Assembly: GCA_964016885.1 (NCBI GenBank) | Contig: OZ024742.1 | Span: forward strand, 216,132,001-216,196,000 | DNA length: 64,000 nucleotides | From: Eledone cirrhosa | Lineage: Eukaryota | Direction: 5' to 3' | In this document: positions 56,704-64,000 of the stretch, in pieces | How positions within the stretch are numbered: position 1 is the first letter of the stretch | How the letters are laid out: the number at the start of each line of letters is the position of its first letter | Translations under genes and position numbers: made by a program | The notes under the pieces: model-generated | Database searches by the model: none | What the model saw: the letters and a program-made list of their open reading frames with translations, nothing else | Told to the model about the DNA's origin: nothing

Positions 56704-59700
56704 GTATATATATATAGAGATAGATTTATATCTGTATTTTTAACTGTTGGTCAATCAATGATAAACATTGATTGCCAGATAAATTAACTACGGAGATATA
56801 AAAGACACAGATGCGAAAAATCAACCCAGACCAAACAGAGCGTGTGTTCTATTATTATTTCTGGCAATATTATAACAATATGACCCTCACCAAATATAAC
56901 AATTTATATATATATATATATATATCCCATTGACATAGGCGGACGGGAGAATGATTACGCAATTGCGAAATAGAGTATGAATATTCTTTATTATGGCTAT
57001 ACGCTGAGTCATTTACTTTGGAATTTCACATGTGCAATCACACCATCATCAGACAAGTTTGTTACTGATGTTCCCGTGGGTGTACAGCTAAATCTCCACA
57101 GTAACATGACTCAACTCTTAGCTATAATACAGAATATATATATGTGTGTGTGTGTGTCTATATGTTAACGCTACTTTCATATTGAGCACATTTTATTCTT
57201 GTTTGCAAGAATGTATGCGTATATATTTAGTTGGTTGATTGGCCGGTTGTTTCGTTTGATATTGTATTTCAAAAATAAATTTTAAATACTATTATTTCAA
57301 TTGTTAGTGTTTTTCAAGATTGAACAGATGTAAAATAATGCAATGTGTAGTATAACAATTGATTATAAGTATCTTCAGCTGTACGACACTCAATATTATT
57401 CATAAGAAACATACGAGAATCTTATAATGACATGAGTTTCACACTGACAGAACAAACATCACTAACAGTTCATGTTAACGTCTTGTTTAATTAGTAATGT
57501 ATATAAGAAAATAGCTGACCATTTCATTTCCGGTTGTCCGTTTATCCCAAAGATAGTATATTTCTACAGACATGATCAAATAATTAGTTGTAACGCTCAA
57601 TCAATATACAAACGGCTTGACGTGAAATTAAATTGAAAATAAATTGTAAGACCACGTGTGTGGGAATGACATGGCTGGAATACATCAATTTAGAGTGACA
57701 TAAATTGATCAAACTGAATATCATAGTGAAGGAAAATATTCAATAGGGAAGATGAAACTCTATCAAAAGCAATTGATTGGCAGACTCATTAATGTGCAAT
57801 TCAAAATGCCTTTTAGTATTAGTTTCAGCTACTGTGCACTGCAACCATATAGAGGAAATAAACTACATGGCCTGATTTTTGCCTTGATCTCCGTTTGGAT
57901 TATTACAAATATTGTTCTATATTATCTTTCTTGGCCATAAGATCGCATGCAGATCTAATCAATGTTTGGAATTATACATATGGCAGACCTCTTACACTTT
58001 CGAAACACAAAGAAAGTTTTTGGTGTTTTCCATATATAGATATATTTTATTGTGTTTCTTACTTCCTGGATGAAAAGGGACTTACTTATGGGTGCACCTT
58101 CCCTTGTCATGCAACTGTGCCAGACAGGCTTTTTTTCTCCACCAGATAATTCACATGTAGGGGCTAGTTTGGCTAATATATCTCCCAGGAAGGGTGGGAA
58201 GCAGGACTCTGTTTAACTGTTTCTCAGCAAAAACTCGCAACTTATTTTCTCACCTCGTGAAGCAGACATGTAATATTTCAGCTGATTATGTAATAATATC
58301 ATGACAGAAAATCATTATTTGTTACTTGTTGTCAAATAAATGTACTCTGTTCAGGAAAGTGTTTCCTTTAATTTTGGAAACCGTCTACCAAATTGTTTGT
58401 TTGTTTGTTTGTTTTTGGCTTTTCTGTGGGCTGGGGCTGTAAATGGCTGCGAAGATTTCGTTTGTTTATATCTTGTAAGGGAAAATTCGTAAATTAAAGT
58501 AGATTTTACTCTAAATTTGAAAGAAATTATGCAAACAATTAAATCAATTCTAGTCTAATTAGAATGGAAGATATACATTAGAAAAGTATAGTTTTTTTGC
58601 GATGTGGGATAACTAAACGAAATACGTTTGACTACATTAATACACAACAATAACATCAATAACAATAATGACAACAACATGAATATGCCAGAGCCCTCAT
58701 TAATCCAACACGTGTATTTCCTTACTTACAAAAAACACACTTCAAGCTATAATAAAAATTATTTACAAAGGAAGAAATCATCTACAATAACTAGAACTAC
58801 TTTAAAAAAACATGTTGCGCTCAGGCAATGAAGCTAAATGGTATGGAGGTGTTCAATTCTTCGAAACGCGTGACAAATGTGTCGAGATCCCACGTGTACT
58901 TAACAACAGTTTACTGGACGGAAAAATGTAATATTAAACCGTGTGGAGGATAGCATTGAACAATACAAAGTAATACAAATATCCTCATGCTACTCACTAA
59001 GTAACTTGACCAATTTTTATGAAAGAAATAATATCAGAAGTGTCATTTCAAAGTAATTGGAGTCTGTAGTTTGAGACTTGCTTTGACAAGATTCACCAAA
59101 TGGAAACCCCCTGGTATTAATAACATCGAAAATTATTGGCGGCTGTCATTTACAAAATGTTGCCAGATAATGCCAGCTTCCAGTTGAGCAACATGGAACA
59201 AGTACTAAGATTGATTCTTGCTGTGATGATGTTTTCTCATTGAATGATACTAGAATAGACTAGTAGGTGACCAATTTAGTAAGAGGGCTATCACTGGCCT
59301 ATACCACTTTACATGTATATATAAAACCCAATGATTTCTAATATTTACACAATACTACAAATTAAGTCCTTGACGGGATAAAGCTGAAAATCAACAACGT
59401 TTGGATTTGATTGTAAAGGGATGTAAACGCAAAACTGTTGTTGTAACTAGAAGAGTAATTTTATTGTGTGTGTTTGTGTCTCGCTGTATCTGTATGTATA
59501 TGCTTGAGTGTGTATGCAGCTTTCACCGTTTTTGTATCTGCTTACTATGAACGTTTTGTCCAAAACGCTGACAACACCATTGCTTTCAAACAATGTTACA
59601 CACGTGCAAGAACACAGACACATACATACAAGCATACACACACTGTTGTCATTCTTCATAAATGCATTGAACAAGTGATTAGCCCGCTGGAAACTTATAG

Positions 59701-59824
59701 CCAGTGACGTAATTTGTCACAGTGAATCTGAAAAAACATATAAATATATAATATATATATATATATATACACACGCACACACACGCACGCACACATAGAC
59801 ATACACACACATATATATACACAT

Positions 59825-59900
<76 letters not shown>

Positions 59901-60115
59901 CCTCCCCTCCAAAAAACCATCTGCTTTCAGGAAGAAGTGACTCTAAACAAGCGAATTATAAATGACATTTATGTGAAACAATGCGTCACGGTTTTGTTAT
60001 GTACAGCAGATAACAACAATATACCAATCACTGGACACTCGTTATATGAAGATTTATAACAGGCTGCTTTGACAAGGAAAACTACTAAATAGCAATAACA
60101 CAAGTATGTGTTCTT

Positions 60116-60116
<1 letters not shown>

Positions 60117-60160
<44 letters not shown>

Positions 60161-60184
60161 ATAATAATAATAATAATAATAATG

Positions 60185-60252
<68 letters not shown>

Positions 60253-60330
60253 TTTACTACTAGTACTACTACTACTAATGCTGGTGATGGTGCTGCTGCT
60301 GCTATATTATTACTACAACTACTAATAATA
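60117..60330. repeat. Mixed (ACT)n/(AAT)n trinucleotide array at the LINE 3' end
   Basis: Directly visible. Confidence 0.95.
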
Positions 60331-63300
60331 TTTTCTTTATTAACCACAAGGGTTTACATAAAGTAGACATTAAGGACAGTACAGGAGAATAGAGGACGGT
60401 ACAATTTGGCATTTCTGCGTGTAAAAAAACGATAACAGAGGATGTAACAAAAAATAACAACGAAAAATTCCCCAATAGGGGGGAGACTTCCGAGGGACAT
60501 TTGTGGAGAAAGCCCATTAAAAGGCCACACTGACCCTGCCTACCAGGGTAAGAGCCCTCTCCCAGTTTTCCACCTTTAATTTACAGACACATACTTAGAG
60601 TAGGCCCATTCACTCGGGCCATACTTGCTTCTCTCACCCATCTTTCAACAAAATGCTGGGAAGAGAGCACTTCCCTCTCTACCCTGATTTTCCTTTTAAA
60701 ATGAAATTTAAAAAAGTTAATCAGGGCATCACCGAAGAGGTAAGTGCTCGTCTTCAGCCCTTTCAAAAGTGTCCACCATACTATCTCTTTCGCCATGGCC
60801 ACCAGGCAGATAAAAACTGCCTGCCCTTCCCGGTTAAAGGAAGAAGGCGGGGCAATCCTCACGATGGACTCAGTTGATAGCCGGATCCGTCCTACACGCG
60901 ACAGCAGGTGTTCGACATAAACCCACAAGTCAGCAATGCTCGGACATTGGACTAGTGTATGCAGGACGGTTTCGTCGCCCTGCGCGCATCTCGGACATGC
61001 CCGCCTGACGGCACCTCCATGCCTGTATAGTTTATCCCGAACTGGCAAAGCTCCTCGGTAGCACTGCCAGGCCAGGGATTTCTGGAAGTTGTCCATAGGC
61101 CCCGGCCCGAAAGTTCTTCTGAAGAGATTGGCTAGTTAATTTTCGTCGACGCCTAGGGTTTCCCCAAGTACGTCGCCGCTCTTCCTCTCCACTAATCCTC
61201 TATAGAACGCTGAGGTTGAGTTTCCACCGATCACATTGCCCAATTGGTCGAGGGCTGTGAGCACCTGAAGACATTCCAGTCCCCAAATGCTCCCTCTCGG
61301 TCTTCGCTTGACCCAGGACTGCAGCTCCGTCAAGGAGACAAGCTGGGGAAAGACGCGTCTAGAAAACGGCGACCACGCCTGATCCCCATCGAGGAAGAGG
61401 TGGAGATATCGTAGCCTGAGCGCGTGTCTGCGCATCATCAGCCACGACATGCCCAGCCCTCCATGTAGCGGGTGTTGGCAGCAGATGGACTGCCTGACCT
61501 TCGGAACGCGTCCCTTCCACAAAAAGCGAAAGAGGAAACGCTCCAACGCAGTCAGCCGGGGCTTAGGACAAGGTACGACGGTCAGGCTGTAGTAGATGAC
61601 GGACGCGATGTACACGTTAGCCACCTCCACCCGACCTTTCAGGGATAGCTTCCCCTCCGCCCATTTCTGGGTGAGAGAAGCCACCCTGCTCGTCACCTCG
61701 TCCCAGTTTTTGTCCGTCTGGAGGTCCGGACCGAACCAAACCCATAGCAATTTAACCGGTCCGTCCGTCCAACGCCCCACGACGCTGTTGGACGGCATGG
61801 ACCTGCCTCTCAAGGCGCCGAGCTGCAGGCCCACTGACTTGTCCTGGTTGATCATTGCTCCTGTCACCGCTTCGTATTCTCTTAGTGTAGTGCCGATCGC
61901 CTCGATGTGTTTGGCGTTCGACACCACTACGGTGACATCTTCCGCATATGCTGACACGGATCTTCCGCATCCTACTTCGCGCGGGACCCCCCTCAACGTC
62001 TCCAATCTGTGCAATAATGGCTCGAGAGTCAATACGCAAAAGAGGGACGAGAGGGAACATCCTTGGCAGACTGAGCGCATGAAGTTGACCGTTCACTCTC
62101 ACCACAGAGCAGATGTCGCTGTGCATGGCAGCGATCCAGCCTCTGAAGACGGGCCCAAAGCCAGCCGCCTTCAGGACTGCCGCTAAGTAACGATGGTCAA
62201 CCATATCGAAAGCATTCTACTGATCTAAATTGATCAAGGACCCACCTGGCCAGGTTCCCTAGCTACCCTCTCTACGATATATCGCATGAGGTGGAGGTTG
62301 TCGTGGATGGATCTGTCGGGAATGGCGCATGTCTGCGCCTCTCCCACCAGACCACCAACGAGAAATGCCAACCTCTTTGCTAGCACCTTGGCCAAAATCT
62401 TGAACTCTGTGTTTAGCAGAGTTATGGGCCTGAAATTATCTATGTTATCCCCTTGTTCGCTTCCTTTCTTAGCAGCGCCACCGCTCATCGGCTCACAGTT
62501 CTGTGAAATTCTCCCGTTCTGTTGCCAGTTGCAGTAGATGTCCGCCAAGAGGCCTCCGAACAAGTCTGGCCTCTGTACGTAAAGTTCATAGGGTAGACCA
62601 TCCAAACCAGGCGATTTACCGCTTGCGCAGCCAGTCGTTGCCTCCCGTACATCAGCGGCTTTTATCGGCTTTTCGCAACACTCCGTCTCAGTGGCCGAGA
62701 GCCGCGGCAGTCCGTCGAGGTAGAAACTAAAGTCCATCTCTCGATCCGGCCCGCCGCTGCCCCCTAACAGCTGAGCGAAATGTTGCTGAAAAGTTTCGCA
62801 CATTTACCGGGGATCGAGTAACATGCGACCGTCGTAGTCCACCAAAGACCGGATCGTGGCTTTGTTGCCACGATGCGCCTCCGCCACTCGGGCCCATTGA
62901 ACGGCTTTCGTCCCCTCGTGTCTGACAGCACGCAGCCTAGCTCTGACAACGCAGCCTCCCAGCTTTTCATTGAAGAATTGGCCAAGGGCCAATTTCGCAG
63001 CAAGTACGTCGGTGGCGATGCCTTTGCTAAGCGCCTCGTCTAATTTTCTAACTAATTCTCCCTCTACTCTATTTTTCTCTATTGCTAAAGCCTTACTAAA
63101 CCTAATGGACTCTATTCTAATCGCCCTTTTCAGAGCAAACCACCACTTGATGTTGACGATGACCCCGTCAACGCTCGTTTAACTAGTTCGCTAATCCGGT
63201 CTCTGTAGACCTTGCGCGCTGGTAAGGACGCGTTTAGCTTCCAGTAGCCGGGTCCTCGTCTATGAAGCCTATCTAAGTCAAGTACACAGATCACGAATTT

Positions 63301-64000
63301 GTTGTCCGTGTAGCTGACTATATTGAATTGTAGACAGCGTATGATAGACCTATCTATTTCCATACAAAATACTCTATCTAGATATGATCTGGATGACCCT
63401 ATGCGATTTGTCCATGTCCACATTGGCACATTCGGAAAATCCAATCGGTAACTGTCAGACAGTTCATAACGCCTGAGCAGGTTGGTGAGGCTCTTGCACC
63501 CTCCTCCCCTATCCGCTAATCCCACACAGTCCCAGCGAGCATCTAAGATCCCGTTCCAGTCGCTCACTAACATTAAAGAGCGGGACGTTCCTAGAAAGGT
63601 CTCCAGACGCCGGAAGAAATCAGGCCGCCCTGCTCCTGTTGGGGCATAGACGGCCACTAGCCTGAAAGATTGCCCGTCTCAGCTGGTCACGTCCAGCACC
63701 ACCAACTTACCTTCTGGGTCCAGGAAGATGGCCCGTATGGCGAGATAAAAACCTCTCCAAAAAGCACAGCAACTCCACCACCCGATCCAGGACGGCTGGG
63801 AGATGCGTACACATCGTAGCCGCCGAAGATCGGTGCGAAGGCCCGTGCTTCGGAGATTCTGGATCCGCTGATGGCCACTACATCTATGTTTAGTGACCTG
63901 ATTTCGTTGAGCAGGTGGCCCTGCTTCCATGATGACCCCAACCCACGCGCATTTATGCTGCCTATTCTGAGTGAGGTCATGTTGAAATGGAGTGGAAAAG
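60331..64000 (-). mobile_element. L1/Tx1-clade LINE, continuing beyond the window
   Basis: GC-richer block with ORF2 remnants and a 3' UTR ending AATAAAGAAAA plus ATT-type tail. Confidence 0.93.
60581..63980 (-). pseudogene. LINE ORF2 (APE endonuclease, reverse transcriptase, CCHC/zf-RVT), broken by frameshifts and stops
   Basis: MTSLRIGSINARGL, AVYAP, DWN, SYLDR and GYWKLN (APE); KSPGLDGLPYE, FRPITLLNTEFKILAKVLAKRL, QGC.LS and SAYAEDV (RT); CPRC..ETVLHTLVQC. Confidence 0.93.

Noticed and set aside
58086-58209. Possible minus-strand exon ending at GTAAGT
   Set aside because: Short open frame with a weak acceptor, no recognisable product and no partner exon.
61596-63182. Plus-strand ORFs overlapping the LINE
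   Set aside because: Antisense shadows of GC-richer ORF2 coding sequence.

Overview
AT-rich, repeat-dense animal DNA with one 200-N scaffold gap (30788-30987). The SINE families and a mollusc-type 5S rRNA suggest an octopod cephalopod; this is inference from recall, not a search. No host gene is recognised with confidence, though a tentative minus-strand exon pair lies at 38743-39535. Most short ORFs in the track are microsatellite artefacts. Recognisable elements are a near-complete but frameshifted L1/Tx1 LINE ORF2 plus an older copy, RTE-type and R4/Dong-type LINE remnants, about a dozen tRNA-derived SINE copies, tandem non-autonomous Helitrons, and a 5'-truncated Penelope-like element (RT thumb plus GIY-YIG) with inverted pseudo-LTRs. 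Two things stand out. (1) A graded series of palindromic or fold-back inserts (about 0.05 to 3.6 kb), almost all in or beside (TA)n tracts, carries type I hammerhead ribozyme motifs, several with intact cores (8755-8836, 10393-10463 and 10636-10706, 52713-52779, 55511-55563). They look like miniature Penelope derivatives with a 3' end facing outward on both sides. (2) A full-length 5S rRNA copy is joined through an A8 linker to a full tRNA-derived SINE, and the whole chimera is flanked by one perfect 18-bp target-site duplication (45303-45653).
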